Source of the DNA: a candidate division WOR-3 bacterium
GTDB lineage: Bacteria; Hydrothermota; Tepidihabitantia; Tepidihabitantales; Tepidihabitantaceae
Length of the DNA stretch: 47,820 nt
Assembly: GCA_965648935.1 (NCBI GenBank)
Contig: CBFGIY010000008.1
Coordinates: forward strand, 1-47,820
Direction of reading: 5' to 3'
The notes under the pieces are model-generated. The model ran no database searches, was not told the origin of the DNA, and worked only from the letters and a program-made list of their open reading frames with translations. Of this stretch, positions 9,752-20,827 are shown one piece after another. The translations under genes were made by a program, and so were the position numbers. Each line of letters starts with the position of its first letter. The first letter of the stretch is position 1.

Positions 9752-10802
9752 TGTTCCCTCGCTTTCTCAGGAATCGCGGCAGTCGCAGCCCGGCCGCGTC
9801 AATCCACCGGCCGCGGCGGTTGGAAAGCCCCAGCCCGGCCAGCATCAGGGCGAGCGCCGCGCCGAGAAACCACTGGTAGCGTTCGACGTGATCGGCATAC
9901 CGGCCGCCGGCGAGTTCTTTCTGCCGGATGCGCCCGAGCTCGGCAAGCATCCGCTCGCCGGTGAATCCCTCGACCCGCAGGAACCGCCCGCCCGTGGCCT
10001 GGGCAATGGCAATCAACTGACGCTCGTCCATGCGCGACATGACAACCTGGCCGTCCTTGTCCTTCTTGTAACTCTGCAGGTTGCCCCGCTCGTCGTACTC
10101 GGGAATCGGTCCGCCCTCGGCCGTGGCGAAGGCAACCGAAAATATCACCAGCCCGGTCGCGGCCGCGCGCTCCACCGCCTGCGCGGTGTTGCGGCCGAGG
10201 TCCTCACCGTCGGTTACCAGCACCAGCGCCTTGTGGGTCGGTTCCTTGGGGTTCAGCAGCTCGAGTGCCTTGTCGATGGCCTTGCCGAAATCGGTCCCGG
10301 GCACCGGCATCGTTGCCGGGTCGATGATGTCCAGAAACATTCGCGCCGAACCGGCATCGGCGGTCAGCGGGCACATCACGTAGGCCTCGCCCGCGAAAGC
10401 GACGATCCCGACATTGTTGCCGGCCAGTCCGTCGATCAACCCGGCCAGTTCGGTTTTGGCGCGCTGCAGGCGGTTGGGCTTGACGTCCTCGGCCAGCATC
10501 GACTTGGACGCATCCAGCGCGATAACCACATCGATGCCCCGGCCCCGGTAGAGCTGCAGCCGCTCCCCCCACTTGGGCCGGGCCGCCGCGATGATGAGCA
10601 GAGCCAGGGCGCCGACCAGCAGCAGGTTTTTGAGCCGGACCAGGCCCGGCGAAAGAGTCATGGTCAGGCCGGCCGCAAGCTGCGGATCGACCGCGCGCTC
10701 GAGCCGGCGCCGTTTCAGCGAGCCGAGCAGCAGCGCCGCGACCGCCAGCGCGGGCACCGCCGCAAGCAGCCACAGAAAGACCGGCTGGCCCCACCGTATC
10801 AC
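9723..10802 (-). CDS. batB: BatB VWA-domain protein
   Basis: LDASKSMLAEDVKPNRL MIDAS motif, PLTAD and TDGED. Confidence 0.85.
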   Translation of the reverse strand: MIRWGQPVFLWLLAAVPALAVAALLLGSLKRRRLERAVDPQLAAGLTMTLSPGLVRLKNLLLVGALALLIIAAARPKWGERLQLYRGRGIDVVIALDASKSMLAEDVKPNRLQRAKTELAGLIDGLAGNNVGIVAFAGEAYVMCPLTADAGSARMFLDIIDPATMPVPGTDFGKAIDKALELLNPKEPTHKALVLVTDGEDLGRNTAQAVERAAATGLVIFSVAFATAEGGPIPEYDERGNLQSYKKDKDGQVVMSRMDERQLIAIAQATGGRFLRVEGFTGERMLAELGRIRQKELAGGRYADHVERYQWFLGAALALMLAGLGLSNRRGRWIDAAGLRLPRFLRKRGNNGPQGHQAH

Positions 10803-11773
10803 GGCAACCTCCCGAGCAGAGCCGCGGCGGCGGCCCCGGCAACGAAGAAGACGAGCGCCAGAAGCAGGGGCAGTCCGGCGAGCTCGTTGTACACGGTGTG
10901 CTGCTTGACCTTGAATGTCGTCGGCTCCATCCGGTCTATCTCGTCATAGACGAGTTTGAGGCCCTCGGCGTCGGTGGCCAGAAACGACCGGCCGCCGGTG
11001 ATTGCGGCGATCTGCTCAAGCGTCCTGGTGTCAAGGTCAACCTCGGCCCGGATGTAGCGCCTGCCGAATATCGGGTCGTCGATCGGGAAGGGCACCGGGC
11101 CTTTGGACCCGACTCCGATGGTGTAAACCTTGATGCCAAGCGCGGCCGCGGCCTGTGCCGCGGTTATCGGGTCGATGTCGCCGGCGTTGTTCACGCCGTC
11201 GGTAAGCAGGATGACAACCCGGTCCTTCGCCTTGGAGTCTTTCAGCCGGGCCACCGCACTGGCCAGCCCCATACCGATCGCCGTGCCGTCCTCGAGCATG
11301 CCGAAATCGACCCGGTCGATGAGCTGGCCGAGGACATTACGGTCGAGCGTCGGCGGGCACTGGGTCAGGCTCGTCGCGGAAAACACAACCAGCCCGATGC
11401 GGTCCCCGGCCCGCTTTTCGACGAATTCGCGCGCCCGGGTCTTGGCCACGGCCAGCCGGTTGCGCGGCGAGAAGTCCTCGGCCTGCATCGAGCCGGATAT
11501 GTCGAGGCAGAGCATTATGTCTATTCCCCTGGTCTCGACCTCGGTGAACTGGCGGCCGCGCTGGGGCCGGGCAAGGGCGAAAACCATCGCAACCATCGTC
11601 AGCGAATAGAACGCCAGCGGCACCAGACGCAGCCACCGCCCCCGGTTTTCCGCGCCGGCAAGAAACGACATGTCGCTGTAGCGCACCGCGCCCCGACGTT
11701 TGGCCAGTGACCACCAGATGAACGCCGGCACCACCGCCAGCAGCGCGAAGAACCACGGCGCAGCGTATCTCAC
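10799..11773 (-). CDS. batA: BatA VWA-domain protein
   Basis: ALARPQ, LDISGSM, GTAIGMGL and LTDGVNNAG. Confidence 0.88.
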   Translation of the reverse strand: MRYAAPWFFALLAVVPAFIWWSLAKRRGAVRYSDMSFLAGAENRGRWLRLVPLAFYSLTMVAMVFALARPQRGRQFTEVETRGIDIMLCLDISGSMQAEDFSPRNRLAVAKTRAREFVEKRAGDRIGLVVFSATSLTQCPPTLDRNVLGQLIDRVDFGMLEDGTAIGMGLASAVARLKDSKAKDRVVILLTDGVNNAGDIDPITAAQAAAALGIKVYTIGVGSKGPVPFPIDDPIFGRRYIRAEVDLDTRTLEQIAAITGGRSFLATDAEGLKLVYDEIDRMEPTTFKVKQHTVYNELAGLPLLLALVFFVAGAAAAALLGRLP

Positions 11774-12819
11774 GACGACTTCCTGTCGGTGCTGTCCGAC
11801 GGGCGATGTCCCGCCCCGGGCTGGCCATCCGCGCCTTGGCCTTCGGTCTGCTCTTCCGGCCTCGGCGTCGTCAGCGTCACCAGTTCGCGCGCCCGCGCCA
11901 CCGCCGCGACAGCATCGGCCGCAGGCGGCAGGTACTTGGCGTACTTGACGAGGTCCGCCGCCCGAAAGAACTCGCCAAAGCCATCCCTCTCCGGTATCCG
12001 GGCCGCTTTCATCGCGCGGGTCATCTCAGTCGTGGTCTGGTCAATCGCCGGGAACCCGAACCGCCGGGTCAGGTAGCGCTTGAGGATCTCGGAAAGCGTG
12101 TAGTAGTAGCGCTTGACCTGCCCGGCTTCGAGCCACTCCTCTGCCGGCACGCGCTCGAGCGCGGCCAGCGCCTCGTCCCACGGGTCAGGCAGGGGAGCGC
12201 CGTAGAGCCGGATGCGCCGGTACCGCCGGTACAGCCGCAGGCCCAGCCAGACAGACCCGCCGGCCGCGATGAGCCCGAGCAGCACCAGCAGCGGCACAAA
12301 GTTGGGATACTGCACCTGCGGCTTGAGGTCGTTGATGTCGGCCATCGAGTCGGGCAGGACGCTCTCAACCTTCAGCGGAATGCTGTCGGACAGCGACGCG
12401 TACACCGCCGTGTCGCCCTGCCATGTCACGACATACGACGGCAGATGAAGCTCGCCCGCGGCGAAAGCCGCGAGTTTGAGCGTGTGCCGGTCAACTATCG
12501 TGTCGCCGGCATAGCGAGTCACGGTCTTTCTGTCCAGCTCGACGAAATGACCGGGGTCGGGCAAGAAGGGCTGTGAGGCGCTGTAGGACCGCAACCGCCG
12601 CACGGTCAGCTCAGCCTCGAACTGGTCGCCGACCGTCAGCCTGCCGCGCTGCGGCTTCAGCTTCGCGGTCACGCTCACCGGCCCGCCGGTGACGACGCGC
12701 ACCCGCGGCAGCGCGGTGCTGTCCGGCGTGCTCAGGCTGTCCTGCGCCGCGGCAACCGCCACAAGAACGCCAACGAGGGCCAGGGCCCTGATCTGCGTCG
12801 GCTTGCGGCAGGTCCTCAT
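11770..12819 (-). CDS. Bat-operon membrane-anchored protein (BatD/DUF4381-like)
   Basis: Signal peptide, one TM, KRYYYTLSEILKRYL and ADLVKYAKY motifs, in the usual slot between DUF58 and batA. Confidence 0.75.
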   Translation of the reverse strand: MRTCRKPTQIRALALVGVLVAVAAAQDSLSTPDSTALPRVRVVTGGPVSVTAKLKPQRGRLTVGDQFEAELTVRRLRSYSASQPFLPDPGHFVELDRKTVTRYAGDTIVDRHTLKLAAFAAGELHLPSYVVTWQGDTAVYASLSDSIPLKVESVLPDSMADINDLKPQVQYPNFVPLLVLLGLIAAGGSVWLGLRLYRRYRRIRLYGAPLPDPWDEALAALERVPAEEWLEAGQVKRYYYTLSEILKRYLTRRFGFPAIDQTTTEMTRAMKAARIPERDGFGEFFRAADLVKYAKYLPPAADAVAAVARARELVTLTTPRPEEQTEGQGADGQPGAGHRPSDSTDRKSS

Positions 12820-13775
12820 CCCCGGTACCTGCGTGCGCGCTGCTGGAAGAAGGTGTGCAGCTTCGCCGTGAAGTCCTCGTCGGTCGAGAGCGCGATGTGG
12901 TCAACCCCGAGCTGGCGCAGCAGCCGTCGCAACTCTCCGGCCTGCTGCTGCCGGAACTCGCGGAACCGCTTGCGCAGGGCGGGCCAGTTTGTATCCACCA
13001 TCTCGAGCCGGCCGGTCTCGGCATCCTCCATCTCGACCAGGCCGAGCGCGGGCAGCTCGCTTTCGGCCGGGTCATTGACCGATATGGCGACCATGTCGTG
13101 CTTGCGCGCGGCCACGCCCAGGGGCGTGCGCAGGTGCGCTTCGCGGAACGCCGGCCCGACGAAGTCCGATATGAAGAACACGATGGCCCGGCGCTTGAGC
13201 ACGTGCATCACGAACTCCAGCGCCTGCACCGGGTCGGTGCCGGACCGTTCGGGCTGAAAGTAGAGAATGTCGCGCACCAGCCGCAGAACGTGGGCCCGGC
13301 CCTTACGCGGGGGCACGTACTTCTCGACCTTGTCGGAGAAGAACAGCAACCCGACCTTGTCGTTGTTGCGGATGGCCGAGAACGCCAGCGTCGCCGCGAC
13401 CTGGGCCGCCTGCTCGAGCTTGAACTGACGCCGCGTGCCGAACCGGCCCGAGCCTGACGCGTCCACAACCAGAAGCACGACCAGCTCGCGCTCCTCGGCG
13501 AACTTCTTGACGTAAGGCCGGCCGTGCTCGGCCCCGGGCTGGGGCGTGGCCAGCCGCGCGGTGACCTTCCAGTCGATGGTCCGCACGTCGTCCCCGGGCT
13601 GGTACTCGCGCACGTCGAGAAACTCGATGCCGCGGCCCTTGAAGCTCGACTTGTAGTCGCCCGAGAACAGGGTGTTGACCAGCCGGCGGGTGCGAATCTC
13701 CACCTGCCGGATGAAGCTGCGTTCGGCCGCGCCCGGGCGGGGCACGCGGTCGACGGCCGATGCCTTACGCTTCAC
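12816..13775 (-). CDS. DUF58 domain protein
   Basis: FKGRGIEF..VREYQPGDDVRTIDWKVTAR, EERE and ISDF. Confidence 0.9.
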   Translation of the reverse strand: MKRKASAVDRVPRPGAAERSFIRQVEIRTRRLVNTLFSGDYKSSFKGRGIEFLDVREYQPGDDVRTIDWKVTARLATPQPGAEHGRPYVKKFAEERELVVLLVVDASGSGRFGTRRQFKLEQAAQVAATLAFSAIRNNDKVGLLFFSDKVEKYVPPRKGRAHVLRLVRDILYFQPERSGTDPVQALEFVMHVLKRRAIVFFISDFVGPAFREAHLRTPLGVAARKHDMVAISVNDPAESELPALGLVEMEDAETGRLEMVDTNWPALRKRFREFRQQQAGELRRLLRQLGVDHIALSTDEDFTAKLHTFFQQRARRYRG

Positions 13776-13804
13776 GCTCTGGGCAGAATGCTCGGATCGT
13801 CGCC

Positions 13805-14809
<1,005 letters not shown>

Positions 14810-14957
14810 CTGACCTTTCTCGAATTGAAAACGAGGTCTCCCGAATTCAATAGACTGCGCGCTTCAAGCGGGAGTTGCCGCATCATCCCAGTATATACTC
14901 AAAAGTAGTCACTCGCCAAAACGCGACCAGCGGCTTGGGGTTTCCCTTATAAAGCTT

Positions 14958-14992
14958 TGTGCGGGGCTGACTTGTAAGATCAACCCCGCACA
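14958..14992. terminator. Hairpin downstream of the lipoprotein gene (probable terminator)
   Basis: TGTGCGGGG..CCCCGCACA inverted repeat; weak U tail. Confidence 0.55.
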
Positions 14993-15011
14993 GAAACAGG
15001 TGCTTTCTCGA

Positions 15012-15560
15012 TTACTGGGTCAGCTCGCTCAGCGCCTGAAGCGCTTCGCCGTGCTGCTGTACCATCTGCTTGTTCTCGGCCGGAACATTGGCACAGGCGG
15101 CCTTGAGCGCGTCGATCTTCTTCACCATCTCCTTGGCCTCGGCCGTGGTGTCCGAGGCAAAGGCCGAGGCGAACTCGCTGGCCATGTCGGCGCTCAGCGC
15201 GGCCGAGGCCGCCATCACGCGCATCATAGTGCCGCGGAACTCATCCCAGTTGGTGCCGGCACCGGCCAAGGCTTCGGGCAGGCCTTTGACGTCCTTCATC
15301 CCATCGACCATCTTGTTCAGAACCGAAGTAACCGGCTCATCGTCGCCCGGGGTCGGTGCGACGTAACCGGCCGCTTTCAGGGCCGAGGCTGCGGCCGGGA
15401 TGGCCTGAATGAACTTGGTCATCTCATCCTGGGTAAGCAGCTTGACCGCATCGGCGGGCATCTGCTCGACCTGAGTCTTGGGCTCGGCCTTCTGGCCGCC
15501 GCAATAAACGCCTGCGAACAGGGCAAGCGCAACAGACAGGACTACTGCATTTCTTAGCAC
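15012..15560 (-). CDS. Hypothetical lipoprotein (helical)
   Basis: GTG 15560 with GAAAGGAG SD; signal peptide ending ..AGVYC; promoter TTGACA-N16-TATCTT at 15614-15587. Confidence 0.75.
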   Translation of the reverse strand: MLRNAVVLSVALALFAGVYCGGQKAEPKTQVEQMPADAVKLLTQDEMTKFIQAIPAAASALKAAGYVAPTPGDDEPVTSVLNKMVDGMKDVKGLPEALAGAGTNWDEFRGTMMRVMAASAALSADMASEFASAFASDTTAEAKEMVKKIDALKAACANVPAENKQMVQQHGEALQALSELTQ

Positions 15561-15660
15561 GGGACTCCTTTCAAATCGGGCCGATGAAGATAGCGTCAAA
15601 GGCACGATTGTCAACCCGGTGTTGACTGCCGGTCCCGCTCAGATACCCTGTATCGTGGAG

Positions 15661-17148
15661 ATGCGGCGCCCGCTTACCGCGCTGGTTCTGCTTGCCGCGG
15701 CCGCCGCGGCCCTGACTGCGCCGGTACTGTCCGATGTCTGCAATTCAGCCCCGCCGAGCGGCGGCCGGGTCGAGATCAACGCCGACTGCGGCCAGCTTGA
15801 CGAGCTCGGCCGAACCGCGGCCGCGCTCTTCTACTCCCTCGACAACCGCATCACCTGGACCGAGCTGACAATGACCCGCATCGGCGCGAGCGGCTATGAG
15901 AGCACTTATGCGGCGGATTTGGCAGCGCCCGTTTCCGGCGCGGTGCAGTACTATGTCCGCGCATCAAGCGGGAGCAACTGGTCAACCCAGTCGCCGTTCA
16001 ACGCCGAGAACCAGTGGCCGCCAGTGCCCGGCCTGCTCGCGGCCACGGCGGACGAACCGACCGGCGACGCGAGCGACCCCGAGGGGCCGTGGCTTGACCT
16101 GACCGCCGCGTATGTCGGCTATTCCGGAACCCACTTCTACGTCGCGCTGACCAACAACCACACATCCTGGCCCACGTATTCGTTTCCCCAGCCCTGGTAC
16201 ATCTATTCGGTCGGCCTTGTCAACCCCGAGGCGCGGTCCGACACGTGGGCCTTCGCCCTGAGCTATGCCAACATCCCGGGTGTCTACACGACCGGGCTCT
16301 ACGCCGTGAATCGCTACGCCAACTCGTTCGAGCGCGTCGCCGACGCCGAGGCCGCAACCAGCGGCAACAGGCTCAGCCTCCGTTGCCCGATATCGTCGTT
16401 CACCGGCGACCCGCGTTTCGGGCCATGGCCCAACGAATCCGGGTACCTCACCGCCGCGGCCAACACTCAGGCCATATATCCCATCGGCGGCAACCGCCTG
16501 CGCGACACAACGGCCAGTTGCCGGTTCTATGCCGACAGATCACCGCGCTTCACAGTCGGGGCCAACTCGCCGCCGCTGCTGGTCAATCCGCGCGTGGTGC
16601 CGAACTCGGGCGCGCCCGAGACAGAGTTCTGGTTCAACGCCCGTTACATCGACTCTGACACGAACCTGCCGGTCCTGCGCTCGGTCGTGATTGACGGCGA
16701 AACTATCCCATTGCGTCCAAACCAGCACCGCTACGGCAACGGCGTGCTGTTCGACCTGTACCGGGGCGGCTTCGCCACCGGCACGCACCGCTTCCGCTTT
16801 GTGTTCAACGACGGGATCGCCATTGCGGAAAGCGCCCCCGACTCCTTCGTTGTCATCGGCACCGGCCTGACCGACACCCCGACGACTGCCTGTCCGCTTC
16901 TTTTGGCCGCGCCCAATCCGTTCCGGGACCGCGTCCGCCTGTCGCTCATCGCCCCGCCCACGGCCGCGAGATCACCCCTGCTCCTGCACGACGCGGCCGG
17001 CCGCGTCGTCTTTTCCCGCGTTCTTGCGAGTCTAACGCCGTCAGAGGTCTTTGATCTCCGCCCCCTGCCATCGGGCGTCTACTTCGCCTCGGTCGGCTCA
17101 TCCCCCCGGCTGCGCCTGCTGAAGCTCGACCAGCCCCCGCGCGATTGA
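15661..17148 (+). CDS. Secreted protein with T9SS-CTD-like C-terminal domain
   Basis: Signal peptide MRRPLTALVLLAAAAAAL; C-terminal APNPF..HDAAGRVV..LPSGVYF. Start could be GTG 15655. Promoter TTGACT-N16-TACCCT at 15622-15649. Confidence 0.75.
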   Translation: MRRPLTALVLLAAAAAALTAPVLSDVCNSAPPSGGRVEINADCGQLDELGRTAAALFYSLDNRITWTELTMTRIGASGYESTYAADLAAPVSGAVQYYVRASSGSNWSTQSPFNAENQWPPVPGLLAATADEPTGDASDPEGPWLDLTAAYVGYSGTHFYVALTNNHTSWPTYSFPQPWYIYSVGLVNPEARSDTWAFALSYANIPGVYTTGLYAVNRYANSFERVADAEAATSGNRLSLRCPISSFTGDPRFGPWPNESGYLTAAANTQAIYPIGGNRLRDTTASCRFYADRSPRFTVGANSPPLLVNPRVVPNSGAPETEFWFNARYIDSDTNLPVLRSVVIDGETIPLRPNQHRYGNGVLFDLYRGGFATGTHRFRFVFNDGIAIAESAPDSFVVIGTGLTDTPTTACPLLLAAPNPFRDRVRLSLIAPPTAARSPLLLHDAAGRVVFSRVLASLTPSEVFDLRPLPSGVYFASVGSSPRLRLLKLDQPPRD

Positions 17149-17226
17149 CATCCCCTTGACCCTGCCGTAGCATCTTTCTTGGGCCTGACGGCCCGTTGGC
17201 ATGGCACACAACCACAGGAGTTAACC

Positions 17227-18819
17227 ATGAAGCTATTCGCCCTTCTGGCCGCCTGTTCGCTCGCCCTGGCCGCACCGTCTGACTGGCTGGTCCGGGTCGA
17301 GCTTGAGGGCATCGATGCGGCCGCAGTGCGCGATGCCGGACTGACCGTGATTGACGACTTCGGCGAGTGGGCCCTGGCTCGGGCCGGCGCAGCCGAGTTG
17401 ATTCGCGCTGAAGGCAATCTTGCCTTCACCGGCCTGACCCAGAATCCCGCAGGCCGGTTGTTTCTTTACGTGATGCCCGCACCCGGATTCGACCGCTCGC
17501 GCATCGCCGCGCACGGCCGCATCCTGACCGAAGACAGCCGCGGCGTGCTCATCGAAACAGCCGAGGACGAAGTCCTCGCGCTCAACAGCCTGCCGGTGAA
17601 GCTCTACCGGGTCGGCCTCGAACCGATGGTCTTCGGCGAAGGCATCCAGCCCGACGCCTTCCCGCTGGTGGACGACAGCCTGGTCCAGGTCCTGGTTGAC
17701 CGGGTCAGCCCCGACTCGGTACTGGCCAACATCAATCGCCTCGTCGCTTTCTACACGCGGTACTCGACAACCGACTCCTGCCGCCGGGCGATGGAATATG
17801 TCCGCGAGCGGCTTGAAGGCTATGGCTGCGACTCGACGTACACCGAGCCGTTCCGGCCCACCTACGCGCCCAACACGGTTGGCGTGAAGTACGGCACGGT
17901 CAACCCTCGCCGTATCTACATCGTCTGCGGCCACGTCGATAACACTTCGGACGTGCCGCCCAACCGCGCCCCGGGAGCGGACGACAACGCTTCCGGCACC
18001 TCGGCGGTGCTCGAGGCGGCGCGGGTGTTTGCCGATGTGCAGTTCGAGAACACGGTTCTGTTCATCGGGTTCGCAGGCGAGGAACAGGGTCTCTACGGCT
18101 CGGATTCGTTCGCCACCCGGGCTTACCGGCGCGGCGACTCGATAATGGCCGTGCTGAACTTCGACATGATCTCCTACGGCCGGCAGAACCGCGACACCTT
18201 CGAAGTCATCGGCAAGAACACCAACCCCAACTGCACGTGGCTCGTTGACAGCTTCATCGCCAACGTGCGCGCCTACACCACGATGAAGACGCGCCGCTCG
18301 ATCGTCACCTCCGCGCCCTACTCCGATCACCACTCGTTCTGGAAGAAAGGCTACGTCGGGTTCTGCGGCATCGAGCGTGACTTCACGCCGATGTACCACA
18401 CGCTCGGCGACACGGTTGGCCCGCTCTATTACGTCAACTGCGGCACCAACAACATCCCGATGGCGACCGATGCGATCAAGGCCGCTGTCGCCACCATTGC
18501 GAAGTTCGCCGGCGCGACCGTCACCACCGGCATCGAAGAGAACCCGGCACCGCGGCCAGCGCGCATTTCTGGCATCGCGCCCACGGTCGGCCGACTGCCT
18601 CTGGCCCTGCGCCTGTCCGGCCCGGCGCGGCCCGGCGCCCTGCTTGAGATCTATGACGCTGCGGGCCGGCCGGTGCGGTCGCTCGACGCCTCGGGCCAGC
18701 GCGCGATCGAATGGGACGGCCTCACCGACTCGGGCCGCCGCGTCGGGGCCGGTATCTACCTGTTCCGGCTCATCGACGGCGAGCGCGCGACAACGGCCAA
18801 AGCGGTCGTTACCGACTAG
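17227..18819 (+). CDS. M28-family secreted aminopeptidase with FlgD/T9SS-like C-terminal domain
   Basis: GHVD, GADDNASG, GEEQGL, NFDMI, SDH and YHT zinc-ligand motifs; C-terminal IYDAAGR..WDG..GIYL; AGGAG SD before ATG 17227. Confidence 0.9.
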   Translation: MKLFALLAACSLALAAPSDWLVRVELEGIDAAAVRDAGLTVIDDFGEWALARAGAAELIRAEGNLAFTGLTQNPAGRLFLYVMPAPGFDRSRIAAHGRILTEDSRGVLIETAEDEVLALNSLPVKLYRVGLEPMVFGEGIQPDAFPLVDDSLVQVLVDRVSPDSVLANINRLVAFYTRYSTTDSCRRAMEYVRERLEGYGCDSTYTEPFRPTYAPNTVGVKYGTVNPRRIYIVCGHVDNTSDVPPNRAPGADDNASGTSAVLEAARVFADVQFENTVLFIGFAGEEQGLYGSDSFATRAYRRGDSIMAVLNFDMISYGRQNRDTFEVIGKNTNPNCTWLVDSFIANVRAYTTMKTRRSIVTSAPYSDHHSFWKKGYVGFCGIERDFTPMYHTLGDTVGPLYYVNCGTNNIPMATDAIKAAVATIAKFAGATVTTGIEENPAPRPARISGIAPTVGRLPLALRLSGPARPGALLEIYDAAGRPVRSLDASGQRAIEWDGLTDSGRRVGAGIYLFRLIDGERATTAKAVVTD

Positions 18820-18838
18820 CAGGTCTGGTCCGGTTTCT

Positions 18839-18871
18839 GCGGCCCGCGACTTGACCTGAGTCGCGGGCCGC
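18839..18871. terminator. Perfect 13-bp inverted repeat overlapping the next promoter
   Basis: GCGGCCCGCGACT-tgacctg-AGTCGCGGGCCGC. Confidence 0.6.
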
Positions 18872-18885
18872 CTAATCTCGGAAGT

Positions 18886-19575
18886 ATGGAGAGAATCTTT
18901 GCCGCTGTCGCGCCGATGGAGCAGTTGCTTGAGCGCTACGCGGAGCTCAAGGCAAAGGTCGTCGACCGCCGCGCTGAGTTCCACGAATTCGTCCGGATGA
19001 TGGAAGAAACAACTTCCTGGCTCAAAGCCCCGGCCAGCACGCGGTTCCACCTGAACACGGAAGGCGGACTCCTGCGCCACTCGGTCGGCGTGGCCGAGAA
19101 CCTGCTTCGCCTGCGCGCCTGCCTCGCCCCGGAAATCACTGAGGAATCCTGCGTCATTGTCGGCCTGTTCCACGATGCGGGCAAGGTCGGGATGCCGGGA
19201 GCGCCGCGCTACCTCCCCAACCCCGATGCCTGGCAGCGCAAAAACCGCAACGCCAACTACATCGTCAACCCCGACGAGGTCGAGATGGGCATCGCGGTGC
19301 GCAGCCTCTACCTTGTCGGCAAGTACATCAGCCTGTCCGACGCCGAGGCGCAGGCCATTGTCTACCACGACGGCCAGTACATCACGGACAACGAGAGCGT
19401 GGCCCAGAAGGAGGAGTGTCTCACCCTGCTCGTGCACTGGGCCGACTACTGGACGATGCGCGTCGAGGAAGACAACTGGCCGGTCGCTGACTCGACACCG
19501 CGTTATGTCCGAGAACGCGCTCCCGTCGCTGGCCGCAAGACGCGCAAGCCCCGCGACCCCGGCTCGCTGTTCTGA
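18886..19575 (+). CDS. HD-domain phosphohydrolase
   Basis: APASTRFH..EGGLLRHS, FHDAGK, YHDG and WAD; promoter TTGACC-N16-TAATCT ends 7 nt before the ATG. Confidence 0.85.
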   Translation: MERIFAAVAPMEQLLERYAELKAKVVDRRAEFHEFVRMMEETTSWLKAPASTRFHLNTEGGLLRHSVGVAENLLRLRACLAPEITEESCVIVGLFHDAGKVGMPGAPRYLPNPDAWQRKNRNANYIVNPDEVEMGIAVRSLYLVGKYISLSDAEAQAIVYHDGQYITDNESVAQKEECLTLLVHWADYWTMRVEEDNWPVADSTPRYVRERAPVAGRKTRKPRDPGSLF

Positions 19576-19644
19576 ATCTGCCCCCATTCCAGCGCAGGTC
19601 TCGTCCGCTTCACGCCGGCCCGGGCCAGGCCTGTACTTGATACC

Positions 19645-20613
19645 GTGAGAGCATCGCTCGAAGCGCGGCCGACCGGCTGGGGCGACCCGCCGGTCGAGGC
19701 GCCAACCCTGCCCGCGGTGCGCGGTGCGCGGGAGCGACTGCGCGGCATCGCGGTTGCCTCGCCGCTCATTTCCTGCGCGGCCGCGCCGGACATCCTGCTC
19801 AAACTGGAAACCTCCCAGCCGACCGGTTCCTTCAAACTGCGCGGGGCGTGGAACTGGGCCGCACAACTGGACAGCCAGGAGGTACGGCGCGGGTTTTCAA
19901 CCTTCAGCGCCGGCAACACGGCGCTCGCGCTGGGCTGGTGCGCCCGGCGCCTCGGCACGACCTGCCGCAGCCTGCTGCCCGACTACGCGCCCGAAGTGAA
20001 GGTAGCGGCACTGCGCGCGGTCGGGGTTGAGCCGGTCCTGGTGCCGTTCGCAACGATGGCCGGCTGGCTGTTCCGCGCCGGCTGGCGGGGCGAACCCTGG
20101 TCGTTTTTGCATCCATGGACTGAGCCGGCGATGCTCGCCGGCCACGCGACGATCGCGCTCGAGCTCTTCGAGCAGGATGGTATATTCGACAAGGTATATA
20201 TTCCAGTCGGCGGCGGCGCGCTTTGCGCCGGGGTCGGCAGCGCGCTCAAGGCCCTGCGGCCCGCTGTCCGGGTCGCGGCGGTCCAGTCCGCGGCCTACCC
20301 GGCGCTGGCCGCGAGTTTCAGCGCGGGGCGCCCGGTCTGGATCGAGCCCGGGCGGACGGTCTGCGACGGGGTGGCTGTGCCGTTTGTGACCGACGAGCTA
20401 TTCCCGCTGCTGCAGGCGGTCGTCGACGAAGTGCGCGTGGTCGAGGACCGGGATGTCCTGGTCGCGATGGACCTCCTCGCCGCGCAGGGGGTCACCGCGG
20501 AGGGGGCCGGCGCGCTCGCGCTCGCGGCCGCGCTATCGGAGCGCAGGCCGGGCAGGTCGGTCTGCCTCGTGACCGGCGCGAACCGCGCGCCCTCCCCGGG
20601 TCAGACCGCTTGA
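19645..20613 (+). CDS. PLP-dependent serine/threonine dehydratase-like enzyme (PALP fold)
   Basis: LKLE..QPTGSFKLRGA, SAGN, PVGGGAL and EGAGA; start codon uncertain. Confidence 0.85.
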   Translation: MRASLEARPTGWGDPPVEAPTLPAVRGARERLRGIAVASPLISCAAAPDILLKLETSQPTGSFKLRGAWNWAAQLDSQEVRRGFSTFSAGNTALALGWCARRLGTTCRSLLPDYAPEVKVAALRAVGVEPVLVPFATMAGWLFRAGWRGEPWSFLHPWTEPAMLAGHATIALELFEQDGIFDKVYIPVGGGALCAGVGSALKALRPAVRVAAVQSAAYPALAASFSAGRPVWIEPGRTVCDGVAVPFVTDELFPLLQAVVDEVRVVEDRDVLVAMDLLAAQGVTAEGAGALALAAALSERRPGRSVCLVTGANRAPSPGQTA

Positions 20614-20666
20614 CACTTGACGAGGCCGGGCTACCATTCAGCGGTGACCGGTTTCCCGGACGCGCG

Positions 20667-20801
20667 ATGATCAGGTTCGAGCGGCGCTTCTTCAAGGAAC
20701 GTCGGTACCGGCTGCCGTTGTTGCGCTGGGTAATCATCGCGCTGATGGCCGGCCTGGTCGCGTTAGTCTATCTTGCCTACCGGGGTTTCTTTGCCCGCTA
20801 G
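20667..20801 (+). CDS. Small single-TM membrane protein (44 aa)
   Basis: MIRFERRFFKERRYRLPLLRWVIIALMAGLVALVYLAYRGFFAR; fills the gap behind promoter TTGACA-N16-TACCAT (20610-20637). Confidence 0.6.
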   Translation: MIRFERRFFKERRYRLPLLRWVIIALMAGLVALVYLAYRGFFAR

Positions 20802-20827
20802 TCGGGCAGGCTGAAAGGAGTAAGGTC

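Noticed and set aside
17233..19866. 877-aa reverse-strand ORF and other long antisense ORFs (e.g. 27435-29432, 36358-38184)
   Set aside because: These are shadow ORFs of high-GC3 genes on the opposite strand, with no motifs.
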